Shown: one piece after another, positions 51,099 through 61,166 of the stretch
Layout: each line of letters begins with the position of its first letter
Numbering within the stretch: position 1 is the first letter of the stretch
From: a virus
Taxonomy: Duplodnaviria > Caudoviricetes
DNA: 64,000 nucleotides
Virus record (IMG/VR): IMGVR_UViG_3300006143_000333
Coordinates: 64,959-128,958 of that record
Reading direction: 5' to 3' (one strand)
Made by a program: the position numbers and the translations under genes
Notes under the pieces: model-generated
Told to the model about the DNA's origin: nothing
The model's database searches: none
What the model saw: only the letters and a program-made list of their open reading frames with translations

Positions 51099-51252
51099 TA
51101 AGGGACATTTGTTTATTAGTCTTGGTAAATCAGCTATTAGGATTATTGGTGGAATTGCTGCTTTGGCTAAGAAGTCAGTTGTGCCATTGGCAATCGGCAC
51201 TATTGTAGCTGAGATTGGCGGCGTGTTGGAAGAATTAGTTGATGAAAGATAA
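51091..51252 (+). CDS. small hypothetical membrane protein
   Basis: KSAIRI...AEIGGVLEELV. Confidence 0.6.
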   Translation: MNSKGHLFISLGKSAIRIIGGIAALAKKSVVPLAIGTIVAEIGGVLEELVDER

Positions 51253-51274
51253 TTGATGACGGAGGATGTAGTTA

Positions 51275-53482
51275 TTGACAGTACAAAAAAGAGATGGACG
51301 CAAGGTTAAATTTGATAAAGAAAAAATCAAGATAGCTGTGTTAAAAGCATTTATTGATATAGATGGGGAAGAAACTGCTTATGCGAAAGAAAAAGCCAGA
51401 GATATTGCCAATTACATAGAATATCTAAATAGGAGTATGACTGTAGAGGAGATTCAGGATCAGGTAGAAGAAAGACTGATGGCAAGTAATCGAAAAGATG
51501 TGGCAAGAAAATATATTATATATAGAAACGAGAGGAATAAAATTCGAAAATCTAAAACATATGCAGTATTTAACAGCATAGTTAATACTGAGTCTAATGA
51601 TGTTACAAAAGAAAATGCAAATATGAATGCTGAAACACCTGCTGGCATGATGATGAAGTTTGCAAGTGAGACAACAAAAGCATATACAGATGATGAATTA
51701 ATTAGTGATGAAGCAAGAGAAGCAGTTGATAATAATTATATCCATATACATGATAAAGATTATTATCCAACCAAGTCATTAACTTGCCTACAGCATCCTC
51801 TTGATAGAATCTTAAATAATGGTTTTAGGGCAGGACATGGTTCAAGTAGACCAGCAAAAAGAATTGAGACAGCTTCAATTATTGGTTGCATCAGCATGGA
51901 GACGGTACAAAACGAGATGCATGGAGGACAAGCAATTCCAGCATTTGATTATTATTTGGCACCATATGTAAGAAAAACATACATTGAAGAAGTAGAGAAA
52001 CTCATTGAGTTTACTGGCATTGATTACACCTACCTCTTTGATGAAGAAATTGAAGATTATGTAAAAAGACCATTAAAAACATTGACAGGTAGAGACAGAG
52101 TAAAACAACAAGCAATTAATAAAACTGTATCAAGAGTTCATCAGTCTATGGAGGCATTTATTCATAATATGAATACAATACACAGCCGTGGTGGAAATCA
52201 GGTTGTATTCAGCTCAATAAATTATGGTACAGATACAAGTGCGGAAGGTAGATGCATTATCCGAGAGATTCTTAACTCTACATATAACGGAGTGGGTAAT
52301 GGAGAAACACCAATTTTTCCTATTCAAATTTGGAAACTAAAAAAAGGTTTAAGTGCAGAAAAAGGTGATAGAAATTATGATTTATTGGAACTTGCTTGCA
52401 AAGTAACAGCAAGACGATTTTTCCCCAATTTTATTAATTTAGATGCTCCTTTCAATGTAAATAATCTATGGAATGAGAATGACTCCGAAAGATATAAATA
52501 TGAATGCGCAACAATGGGCTGCAGAACGAGAGTGTTTGAAAATAGACATGGGGAAAAATCATCTATTGGAAGAGGGAATTTATCTTTTACGACAATTAAT
52601 ATTGTCAAACTTGCGTTAGAGTGTATGGATATTGAAAATGATGAAAAAAGAATCAATACTTTTTATAAAAAATTAGATAAATACACAGATATAGCAGTAA
52701 GACAGTTATATGACAGATATTGTTTCCAAAAAACAGCTCTTAAATCACAATTCCCATTATTAATGGCTGGGTTATGGAACTATTCTGAAAAGTTACAGAA
52801 AAGTGATAGAGTAGGAGATTTATTAAAACAAGGAACATTAGGAGTGGGATTTATTGGACTTGCTGAATGCTTAATTGCATTAACAGGCAAACATCATGGA
52901 GAATCTGAAGAATCACAGAAATTAGGTGTTGAAATTATTACTCATCTTAGAGATAGAGTAAAGATGTGGGCTGATGAATACGACTTGAATTATTCTGTAT
53001 TGGCTACACCAGCAGAAGGTTTATCTGGGAGATTCACTAAGAAAGACAGAAAAGATTTTGGTGTAGTTGAACATATTACAGATAAAGATTACTATACCAA
53101 TTCTAATCATATCCCTGTGTGGTATCACTGCACGATTAAACATAAAGCTGAAGTTGAATCTCCATATCATGAATTAACTCTCGGAGGGCATATCTTCTAT
53201 GTAGAATTGGATGGTGATGCAACGCACAATCCAGAAGCAGTTATGCAGGTAGTTAAAATTATTCGCGATAATAATATTGGATATGGTTCCATTAATCATT
53301 TGAGAAATCGCTGTCTTGATTGTGGTTGGGAAAGTGCTATAAGAGACTTAAAGCAATGTTTGGAGTGTGGAAGCGAAAATATAGACACTATTGAAAGAAT
53401 TACTGGCTATTTAGTTGGAGCAATAAATAGTTGGAATAATGCAAAATTAGCAGAACTTAATGATAGAGTTTGTCATAATTGA
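51275..53482 (+). CDS. nrdD: class III anaerobic ribonucleotide reductase with ATP cone
   Basis: QKRDG ATP cone, TMGCRT, TPAEG, YYTNS, RITGYL glycyl-radical loop. Confidence 0.95.
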   Translation: MTVQKRDGRKVKFDKEKIKIAVLKAFIDIDGEETAYAKEKARDIANYIEYLNRSMTVEEIQDQVEERLMASNRKDVARKYIIYRNERNKIRKSKTYAVFNSIVNTESNDVTKENANMNAETPAGMMMKFASETTKAYTDDELISDEAREAVDNNYIHIHDKDYYPTKSLTCLQHPLDRILNNGFRAGHGSSRPAKRIETASIIGCISMETVQNEMHGGQAIPAFDYYLAPYVRKTYIEEVEKLIEFTGIDYTYLFDEEIEDYVKRPLKTLTGRDRVKQQAINKTVSRVHQSMEAFIHNMNTIHSRGGNQVVFSSINYGTDTSAEGRCIIREILNSTYNGVGNGETPIFPIQIWKLKKGLSAEKGDRNYDLLELACKVTARRFFPNFINLDAPFNVNNLWNENDSERYKYECATMGCRTRVFENRHGEKSSIGRGNLSFTTINIVKLALECMDIENDEKRINTFYKKLDKYTDIAVRQLYDRYCFQKTALKSQFPLLMAGLWNYSEKLQKSDRVGDLLKQGTLGVGFIGLAECLIALTGKHHGESEESQKLGVEIITHLRDRVKMWADEYDLNYSVLATPAEGLSGRFTKKDRKDFGVVEHITDKDYYTNSNHIPVWYHCTIKHKAEVESPYHELTLGGHIFYVELDGDATHNPEAVMQVVKIIRDNNIGYGSINHLRNRCLDCGWESAIRDLKQCLECGSENIDTIERITGYLVGAINSWNNAKLAELNDRVCHN

Positions 53483-53499
53483 AACGGAGGTACTGATAT

Positions 53500-55518
53500 A
53501 TAGATAATATTAAATGTATATTATCGGATTCTGTTGATGTAAAACTTGGAAGCAAGAATATGAAATACTATAAAGAACTTGGTTACAATGGTAATTTTGG
53601 AGATGTCATTCATGTAAAAGTGGATGACATCAAACCAACATCACATGTCAAAATTAATACAGAATGTCCGATGTGTAAAAAGGAACATAGAATTCAATAT
53701 TGTGATTATTATAAACAACAACATACGCTGTGTAATTCTTGTGCTACAACATATTTTAACACTAAAAATAATGTTTGTATCTATTGTGGTAAAAAGGCTA
53801 CTAAAATATTTGATGGTCATTATTATTGTAGTAAACATATTGAACATATGAAAAAATATGGAAAGTGTTTAGCAACTACTTGTTGTGATTTGAATGAAAT
53901 TTCATATGAGAATGATTATGCCATACTACATGTTAGAGGTTCTGATCAAATTGATATAGCATTAGTTAAAATTGATTTGAATGCAGTTGATTATGTAAAG
54001 CATATCCATTGGCTATATAGCAAGACAGACGGATTTATTGTATCAAAAGATAATATCAAATTACATAGGTATTTATATCGAAATTTGATTGGCGATATAG
54101 AATGCAATTATATTTTGTTTAAAAATAATGATATGTATGATATGAGATGTAAAAACTTGATACAATCTAATGAAAAAACTTTCAGATTATTTTCAGATGA
54201 TAATACTGATATAGATGGGATATTTATAAAGGATAATTTACAAGTTGGAATTATAGACGACACTCATTATAAATTATTAAATATACGAGATTTAAAAGAT
54301 ATTGAAAGTAACAGAAAACCCATTATTGTTGAGGTTGGCGAAAATGGATGCTGGAATTGTATAAGTCATAGTCAACATCCAGATGGTTATGTTTATGTAT
54401 ACTCTGGAAAGAAAAAGATAAAACTCCATAAACGTGTTCTTGAAATAAAATTAGGAAGAGAACTAAAAATTAATAATGACGAACTAACGAGACATATGTG
54501 TGACAATCCGCAATGTTGCAATCCAGATCATTTAATTATAGGAAATTCACAAGAAAATCATGACGACATGGTTTTGCGTGGAAGAGGATATTGGCAAAAT
54601 CATACGGGATACTTTAAATGGTATGAACGAGAAGGTAGTAAGCAAAAAAAACAACCCAAACCATTATTAACAGAAGAAATAATTATTAATATTTATAAGG
54701 ATGCATTACAAAATTGCATTCCTTATAGGCAATTAGATAAAAAATATGGAGTTGGGAGGGGAGTTTCTTCAAATATTGCAAATAAAAAGACTTATAAAAA
54801 TATCACTGAAAATATTGATGTCATAGATAATAGACACATATTAGATAATACAAGAAAAGAAGATTATATTATGGTTAAGAATCTTAAAGATGGTAATTTA
54901 TATACCAATAGAGAAATTGCAGATTTAACGGGGATAAATAGAGAAACTGTTAGAAATATCGTTAATGATACATGGACATATTCATCCAAAGATATTGAAA
55001 ATTATATTGATAAATTTGTTGGCGATGGATCTGGTGTTATCTATTATATGGATATTAAATACGACACTATTGTAGATGGTGTTGGTTTCAGAAACACAGT
55101 ATATTGTGCAAAATGTGACATCTTATGCAAAGGATGTCATAATCCACAAAGTCACAATATAAAAAATGGAAGACCTAGTTCTGTTAATAATTTAGCAAAA
55201 TTATTACTTGGAAATGGTAATGATATTACTTTCTCAGGAGGGGAATGCAGTTTACAAGCAAAAGCGTTTATTAAATTAGCACAAATGTTAAAAAACGAAA
55301 ATAAAAATATCTGGTTATATTCAGGACATACATATGAAGAATTAATTGGCGACTCTGTTACAAGTAAATTACTAAATTTAGTGGATGTTCTGGTAGATGG
55401 TAGATTTGAAAATGATCTTAGAAATACTGATTTACTTTTTAAAGGATCTTCTAATCAAAGGATTATTGATTTAAATGAGACTAGAAAGGTTGGAGAGGTT
55501 GTTTTATGGAGAAGATAA
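53500..55518 (+). CDS. nrdG: HNH endonuclease-NrdG fusion, probable ATA start
   Basis: HMCDNPQCCNPDHL HNH motif; C-terminal DGVGFR, CDILCKGCHN, FSGGE, LVDGRF, GSSNQ. Confidence 0.85.
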   Translation: MDNIKCILSDSVDVKLGSKNMKYYKELGYNGNFGDVIHVKVDDIKPTSHVKINTECPMCKKEHRIQYCDYYKQQHTLCNSCATTYFNTKNNVCIYCGKKATKIFDGHYYCSKHIEHMKKYGKCLATTCCDLNEISYENDYAILHVRGSDQIDIALVKIDLNAVDYVKHIHWLYSKTDGFIVSKDNIKLHRYLYRNLIGDIECNYILFKNNDMYDMRCKNLIQSNEKTFRLFSDDNTDIDGIFIKDNLQVGIIDDTHYKLLNIRDLKDIESNRKPIIVEVGENGCWNCISHSQHPDGYVYVYSGKKKIKLHKRVLEIKLGRELKINNDELTRHMCDNPQCCNPDHLIIGNSQENHDDMVLRGRGYWQNHTGYFKWYEREGSKQKKQPKPLLTEEIIINIYKDALQNCIPYRQLDKKYGVGRGVSSNIANKKTYKNITENIDVIDNRHILDNTRKEDYIMVKNLKDGNLYTNREIADLTGINRETVRNIVNDTWTYSSKDIENYIDKFVGDGSGVIYYMDIKYDTIVDGVGFRNTVYCAKCDILCKGCHNPQSHNIKNGRPSSVNNLAKLLLGNGNDITFSGGECSLQAKAFIKLAQMLKNENKNIWLYSGHTYEELIGDSVTSKLLNLVDVLVDGRFENDLRNTDLLFKGSSNQRIIDLNETRKVGEVVLWRR

Positions 55519-55877
55519 TTATAAATGATTACATACGAGGGGAACCATTAGCAGAAGAAAATCTTGACGATGTATTAGATCTAGTCAATAAAATCCGTCT
55601 TTCAATGCCACAGAAATCTATATGGCTTTATACAGGATATGCATGGGAACATATATTTGACGAAAAATGGCATTATCATCCACAAACCATGGAAAAATTA
55701 TCTATAAATAGATGGAAACGACAGCAAATAGTTTCTGAGTGCAATGTATTAATAGATGGAAGATATTTAGATAATCAAAAAGATATTACACTCAAATGGC
55801 GTGGTAGTAATAATCAAAAAGTTATTGATATTCAAAAATCAATACAGCAAGGAGAAATTGTATTATGGTGCAATTAA
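55506..55877 (+). pseudogene. orphan 3' half of a second nrdG
   Basis: GEPL, IWLYTGY, LIDGRY, WRGSNNQ but no CxxxCxxC. Confidence 0.8.
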
Positions 55878-56140
55878 AGAAAGAAGACCGATTATACTAT
55901 GCGCGCATTATTCCTAAAACAAGAATTTATGAAGTTTGTGAAGTGATTGTTAGAACAGTAAAGGATACATGGTTCGTTACTGTAGATAAGAGAGATAAAC
56001 GTGCATATCTCTTTAATAAGAGCGATTTTAATAAGATTGTATTTGAAGATAGGAACGTTGCCTTGTCAAAGGTTAAAGAAGCCGAGGAGAATGATATATC
56101 AAGAACTAAAAATGAAGAATTGTATTATGAAGAATATTAA
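55865..56140 (+). CDS. hypothetical protein
   Basis: RBS aaggag. Confidence 0.7.
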   Translation: MVQLKKEDRLYYARIIPKTRIYEVCEVIVRTVKDTWFVTVDKRDKRAYLFNKSDFNKIVFEDRNVALSKVKEAEENDISRTKNEELYYEEY

Positions 56141-56200
56141 AGCCGAGATAATATAAAACATGAGTATACATTAATAAAAAAGAAAAAGGTGGTGAATTGA

Positions 56201-56551
56201 ATGAAGAGGTTGACAAATGAACAAGGTGAACTTATATCATGCACAGATTGTTCAGATAATGATTGTTATATTTGTGTGAATGTTATTTGTGCGTTAGAAA
56301 AATTAAAGCATTATGAAGATTTAGAATCGCAATTAGAGAAAGTCTGCGGCGAAGAACTTGAAGAATCTGTGGAATATGGAAGGGTAAGTCTCGATAATTC
56401 CAACAATTCAAATGGTGCTAGAGTATATTTGACACATGAAGAAACGAAAATAGTTATATCTGTACTTGAAGAAATTCAAAAATATAGAAAAATTGGAACG
56501 ATTAAGGAATGCGAAGAAGCAAGAGATAAGCAGAGGTCAAAAATTGGATAA
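56201..56551 (+). CDS. hypothetical protein
   Basis: MKRLT...LKHYEDLE...YRKIGT pattern. Confidence 0.7.
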   Translation: MKRLTNEQGELISCTDCSDNDCYICVNVICALEKLKHYEDLESQLEKVCGEELEESVEYGRVSLDNSNNSNGARVYLTHEETKIVISVLEEIQKYRKIGTIKECEEARDKQRSKIG

Positions 56552-56725
56552 TTGGATGAAGTAAGAAATAATCTGTTTAGCAGCAAACATAAAACACTTC
56601 TATATGAGTTTAAATAATAAAATTTACAAGAGTGCTACATGCTGATAGACTTCATCATCGAAATTGCAGGCTCGATGATACAACGGTTTGTTCTATTGGA
56701 AGAAAAAATCTGGGAGTGATGAAAT

Positions 56726-57367
56726 ATAGCAAATTATTTAATATCGCACTATAAAGGCAAATACCGTATAAAATGTGAATATGATAAGACTTTAAACCAG
56801 TTCCCAAGAAAATTAGATGGAACATATGAAGATATAGATTGTTATATAGATTGTTATAATAATATAAAGATATTTTACTTTGGTAAATCAACTTTAGAAG
56901 CATATATCCCATCAAAAGGCAGAGGACATAATATAATAAAGGCGATAGAGGACGAACTGGGAAAAGGAATTATATATAATAAGGAAGAAAACGATTCAGA
57001 AGTACTTTTTCATTTTAAAGCAAAAGATATGCACAAGTTAGAAAAATATTTGAAACCTAAGACAAGTGGTTCAAATATAAGCCCATTTAGTTCAAAGAAT
57101 TTACCTAAAAATAAGTTCTATAAAATACCAGATGAAGATTTGATAAATTATAAAAATATTGTTGAAAATATAGAACAAAATCAGATAATAGTATTAAGTC
57201 ATATAACAAATTCATATTTGAAAACTTTAGTAATGAAAAATAATACTTGGGAGGATATTAAAGCTGATATGGCACTGAAGGGACTATCTGGAAAGAACTA
57301 TATTCATTCACTAGGAAAATGGAAAAATTACATTGAATATTTGGAAAAGATGATAAATAAAGTATGA
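56726..57367 (+). CDS. hypothetical protein, ATA start
   Basis: SD gggagtg; 101 extra stop-free codons upstream of the track ATG. Confidence 0.7.
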   Translation: MANYLISHYKGKYRIKCEYDKTLNQFPRKLDGTYEDIDCYIDCYNNIKIFYFGKSTLEAYIPSKGRGHNIIKAIEDELGKGIIYNKEENDSEVLFHFKAKDMHKLEKYLKPKTSGSNISPFSSKNLPKNKFYKIPDEDLINYKNIVENIEQNQIIVLSHITNSYLKTLVMKNNTWEDIKADMALKGLSGKNYIHSLGKWKNYIEYLEKMINKV

Positions 57368-57534
57368 AAATGATTATTACGAGTGAATGTGAAAATTGCA
57401 TTCACTCAAAATTAGACGAATCTGATAAAGCAAAAATTAAAATATATTGTGCTATTAAAAATAAGACATACTATTTTGGACAATGTGTGCCATGTGAATA
57501 TAAAGAGGAAATAAAAAGCAAGGATGATTTTTAA
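57364..57534 (+). CDS. 56-aa Cys-rich protein
   Basis: ATGA overlap; CENC..C..C.PC. Confidence 0.55.
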   Translation: MKMIITSECENCIHSKLDESDKAKIKIYCAIKNKTYYFGQCVPCEYKEEIKSKDDF

Positions 57535-57536
57535 AT

Positions 57537-57884
57537 ATGGAACAATTGAAATTACACAAGGAACTTGATAATAAAAAACTTATTAAATATGGGTTTAAGA
57601 AGAGAAAATATAAAGGAAATATTAATTATATTCTGTCAATTCCATTATATGAGTATAAGGATATATCAGTTATAGAAGCACACTTTATTGTATTTCAGCC
57701 AGAACAACATATTAGATATGATGTTATCAATTCAAGTTCAGATACTTTATATGTGCCGTTTTATGATAGAAAATTTTCTAATCCAAATAAAAATATTGTA
57801 TTAAAAGAAGTAAGGGAAAAATTAAATAAAGAATTACAGTTTATGAAAAAATCTAAAATTATTTCAAAATTTCTGGAGGTATAA
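57537..57884 (+). CDS. hypothetical protein
   Basis: Open ORF. Confidence 0.65.
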   Translation: MEQLKLHKELDNKKLIKYGFKKRKYKGNINYILSIPLYEYKDISVIEAHFIVFQPEQHIRYDVINSSSDTLYVPFYDRKFSNPNKNIVLKEVREKLNKELQFMKKSKIISKFLEV

Positions 57885-57885
57885 G

Positions 57886-58401
57886 ATGAGGAAAGTTGCT
57901 AAGTTTGAAAAGGTAAGTTTAGAACAATTTAAAAATGATTGGATTAGTACATTTGGGGAAAAGTCAGAGCAGATTGTTACGGAAATATACAATAATATAA
58001 AATTACCTAAAAGAGCAACTATAGGGTCTGCGGGATATGATTTCTTTTCACCTATAAATTTTATATTACGCCCTGAAAGTTCGATTAAAATTCCTACAGG
58101 AATTAGATGTGAAATGGAATATGGATGGGTACTCAAATGTTATCCAAGGAGTGGACTAGGATTTAAATATCGTATGCAGCTTGATAACACAGTGGGAATT
58201 GTAGACAGTGATTACCAATATTCAGATAATGAAGGACATATATTCCTGAAGGTTTCTAATGACACAAATGATGAAAAAACAATTACTATTAATCGTGGTG
58301 ACGGTATTGCCCAAGGAATTTTTATTGAATATGGAATTACATACGATGATGAAGTTTATGATATTAGAAATGGCGGATTTGGAAGTACAACAGGAAAGTA
58401 G
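57886..58401 (+). CDS. dut: trimeric dUTPase
   Basis: SAGYD, PRSG, GIVDSDY, IAQ, RNGGFGST. Confidence 0.93.
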   Translation: MRKVAKFEKVSLEQFKNDWISTFGEKSEQIVTEIYNNIKLPKRATIGSAGYDFFSPINFILRPESSIKIPTGIRCEMEYGWVLKCYPRSGLGFKYRMQLDNTVGIVDSDYQYSDNEGHIFLKVSNDTNDEKTITINRGDGIAQGIFIEYGITYDDEVYDIRNGGFGSTTGK

Positions 58402-58410
58402 GCGTAAATT

Positions 58411-58584
58411 ATGCTTGATACATGTAAAGATTTATTAACAGTAAAAGAAGTTTCTAATATACTTGGCGTAAGTAAACAAATGGTTCGTTCTCTTGTTAAG
58501 AATCAAAAAATTAAAAGTATAAAAATTGGAAGAGAATATAGGATTACCAAAAAGAATTTGATTGATTTTATTAATGGAGAATAA
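58411..58584 (+). CDS. excisionase-like HTH_17 protein, absent from ORF track
   Basis: LLTVKEVSNILGVSKQMV..IKIGREYRI; directly upstream of the integrase. Confidence 0.8.
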   Translation: MLDTCKDLLTVKEVSNILGVSKQMVRSLVKNQKIKSIKIGREYRITKKNLIDFINGE

Positions 58585-58600
58585 ATTTTTATATATTTTC

Positions 58601-58644
58601 AAACCCAACTATGGTATAATTTAATACTGTGATAGTTGGGTTTT
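58601..58644 (+). promoter_or_regulatory. inverted repeat enclosing an extended -10 upstream of int
   Basis: aaacccaactat..TGgTATAAT..atagttgggttt. Confidence 0.5.
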
Positions 58645-58666
58645 TATATTTGGAAGGAGGACATGA

Positions 58667-59884
58667 ATGAAAGCCCAAAAAGAAGTAACTGGGAGTGTTC
58701 AGAAAAAAAATAGTAAATGGTATATCGTATTAAATCTTTATGATACAAAAGGACAAAGAAAACTAAAATGGATAAATACAAAGTTGGATATCAGAGGTAA
58801 TAAAAAGAAAGCGGAAGCAATGTTAGAAGAAGAATTAGATAAATATAATTCTTTAAAACAAACAAATGTGGAATTTCTATATGATAGAGATAAGTTACTA
58901 TTTGGAGACTATATGCATAAATGGCTTGATTATCAAAAGGGAAGAGTGGATGAGATAACATATGCGTCTGATGAATTGACAGTCAGAGTGCATCTGTATC
59001 CATATTTTGAAAATGTAAAAATTGATGAAATAAACTCTGAAATTGTTAATAAGTATTTTGAAGATAAAAGAAATGGTTATGGTAATAGAAAGAAATTGTC
59101 TGGAACTTCTTTGCAAAGACACTATGCAACCATTTCTTCAATATTATCAAAAGCTGTTAAAGAAGGGTATATTCAAAAAAAAGATGTTGATGATATTGTT
59201 AAACCTAAGTGTGATACACAAAAAGCACAATGGTATAATGCTGAACAGATACAAAAATTAATAGACATATTAAAGTTAGAAGAAAGTAAACTATTAATAC
59301 CAGTTATATTAGCAAGTTACTATGGCCTACGTCGGGAAGAGGTAGTCGGGATAAAAGAAAGTGATATTGATTTTAATAATCATGTATTGAATATTCAACA
59401 TAGTGTTGTAACAGGGTTTATTTTTGATAATCATGTAAATAAATATAAGACAACCCATTTAAAGAAAGATAGTCTGAAAACAGAAACTTCTGTAAGGAGT
59501 TTTCCGTTATTTTTTGATTTAGAAGAATATTTAAAGAAAGCTATTGAAAAAAAGAAAAAATATATGGAAATTTATGGTAATACGTACAATATGAACAACT
59601 TTGATTATATTTTAGTACATGAAAATGGAAATTTGATTACTCCTGATTATATAACTCATACTTTTCGGAAGGTTATAAAAAAATATAACCTATTGCCAAT
59701 TACATTTCATGGACTAAGGCATAGCTGTGCATCGTTATTGTTAAATTTAGGATACTCAATGAAAGAAATTCAAGAGTGGTTAGGACATTCAAGTTATAGT
59801 ACAACTGCTAAAATATATGTTCATGTAGATCAAAATTCAAAGAAAAATATAGTGGATGATATAACAAAGAAGGTTACTATATAA
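58667..59884 (+). CDS. int: tyrosine integrase
   Basis: GLRREE, LKT, HGLRH, LGHS, Y catalytic residues; N-terminal arm-binding region. Confidence 0.93.
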   Translation: MKAQKEVTGSVQKKNSKWYIVLNLYDTKGQRKLKWINTKLDIRGNKKKAEAMLEEELDKYNSLKQTNVEFLYDRDKLLFGDYMHKWLDYQKGRVDEITYASDELTVRVHLYPYFENVKIDEINSEIVNKYFEDKRNGYGNRKKLSGTSLQRHYATISSILSKAVKEGYIQKKDVDDIVKPKCDTQKAQWYNAEQIQKLIDILKLEESKLLIPVILASYYGLRREEVVGIKESDIDFNNHVLNIQHSVVTGFIFDNHVNKYKTTHLKKDSLKTETSVRSFPLFFDLEEYLKKAIEKKKKYMEIYGNTYNMNNFDYILVHENGNLITPDYITHTFRKVIKKYNLLPITFHGLRHSCASLLLNLGYSMKEIQEWLGHSSYSTTAKIYVHVDQNSKKNIVDDITKKVTI

Positions 59885-59902
59885 TATTTGGCATTGTACA
59901 AC

Positions 59903-59932
59903 TGTTAGAAAAGTGTTAGAAGACTGTTAGAA
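59903..59932 (+). repeat. 3x TGTTAGAA direct repeats (11-bp period), probable integrase arm sites
   Basis: Copies at 59903, 59914 and 59925, just after int. Confidence 0.65.
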
Positions 59933-59967
59933 GAAATCATAATATGACTCGACTATCACAAAACCGT

Positions 59968-59999
59968 AAAAAATAGGGTAGAGAAAAATCTCTACCCTG
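59968..59999. terminator. terminator between convergent int and lysin
   Basis: agggtagaga aaaa tctctaccct hairpin with A tract. Confidence 0.75.
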
Positions 60000-60006
60000 A
60001 ATATTA

Positions 60007-61035
60007 TTAACATAACTGGAAGCGATCAATCGCCTTACCAAAACATCCAGCATATCCATCCTGACCATTACCAGTTTCATTATCATACTGCCAACTATAA
60101 TAATTTCCATTTACAGGACTGACATGGTATTGTGCTTTCTGATACCCACTAGAACGTGCAATATCTTGAGGAGTGTTGTAATATACCCTAACAGCGTCAA
60201 TTACTTTTCCGTTGCCAGCATATCCGTTATTGTGATCGTTCCAGTTATAACCAGTTACTTTCGGTAGCCAACCACCACCTAGAACGTGCACCTGATACCA
60301 CAAAGAACCTTTATCACATTTAATAGCAATATCAGTAATTCTTTTACCTCTAATTCCTGCATAATCCGAAAGATTTGTTACTGCGGGTAAAACACGTCCA
60401 CCTTCAATTTTTACAGCATATGTGAAATTTACAGGTGAATTGGTTACATTAACAGGAATCTTATTTATATTTTGATTAGCATCTGGTTTTTCTATTGGTT
60501 TCGGTTCTGCTCCAGATACACCTTCAATACAAAATGCATTTAAAATGCCTTTAGCAATCTCATCCATACGACTATTAAATGTTTGAATATCTCCAGCATT
60601 AGAAATGAAACCACACTCCATTAGCCTATATCCGTATCCTTTTGTGGCAGCACGATTTACATTTGCTAAGTCACTTCGCCCTACGATTAGTTTAGATCTT
60701 CCTGGGAAAATACATCCAATCATAGTAGCTAAAGCATTATCATAATCATCTGGTGCGAAACCACTCTTAATAATTACATGTCCACCTCTTGCAGAAGGGT
60801 TCGGTGAACTGTCCATATGTAACTCTAATATCTGATAGTCATTCGAAACGTTTAAACGGCTTATCCCGTTGTCTCTATACCAATTCCTAGACATATCTCC
60901 AACTGTTACATTTGGACCGCCTAAAACGGCTATCTTGGATGCTAGAGCCCTAACTCTTTCTGCTTCTGTATAGCCATTTCCTACTGCACCGGAATCCCCT
61001 GCACCGTGACCTGCAATAATAAATAATTTTGACAT
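60007..61035 (-). CDS. endolysin, N-acetylmuramoyl-L-alanine amidase (Amidase_3)
   Basis: AGHGAGDSGA, E, LELHMD, MECGFISN; C-terminal repeat domain. Confidence 0.9.
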   Translation of the reverse strand: MSKLFIIAGHGAGDSGAVGNGYTEAERVRALASKIAVLGGPNVTVGDMSRNWYRDNGISRLNVSNDYQILELHMDSSPNPSARGGHVIIKSGFAPDDYDNALATMIGCIFPGRSKLIVGRSDLANVNRAATKGYGYRLMECGFISNAGDIQTFNSRMDEIAKGILNAFCIEGVSGAEPKPIEKPDANQNINKIPVNVTNSPVNFTYAVKIEGGRVLPAVTNLSDYAGIRGKRITDIAIKCDKGSLWYQVHVLGGGWLPKVTGYNWNDHNNGYAGNGKVIDAVRVYYNTPQDIARSSGYQKAQYHVSPVNGNYYSWQYDNETGNGQDGYAGCFGKAIDRFQLC

Positions 61036-61125
61036 ATATTTCTCCTTCCTGCTTTTGAGCATAAAAATAGGACGTTTTACACACCCTAAAATCTTTATAA
61101 AAAATTTAATTGTGTTTTATGGTAT

Positions 61126-61149
61126 AAAAATAAGACCCTTTACGGGTCT
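61126..61149 (-). terminator. terminator overlapping the leader peptide
   Basis: agaccc gtaaa gggtct tattttt on the - strand. Confidence 0.65.
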
Positions 61150-61166
61150 GCACGGATCTTATTCAT
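61140..61166 (-). CDS. 8-aa leader peptide MNKIRADP
   Basis: RBS gaaagga; last codons form the terminator 5' arm. Confidence 0.5.
   Translation of the reverse strand: MNKIRADP

Noticed and set aside
32561-53482. Inteins or introns in dnaE, recD2 or nrdD
   Set aside because: Lengths are ordinary, frames are continuous and no splice-junction motifs were seen
815-59122. Numerous short - strand ORFs overlapping long + strand genes
   Set aside because: Antisense shadows without RBS or recognisable motifs
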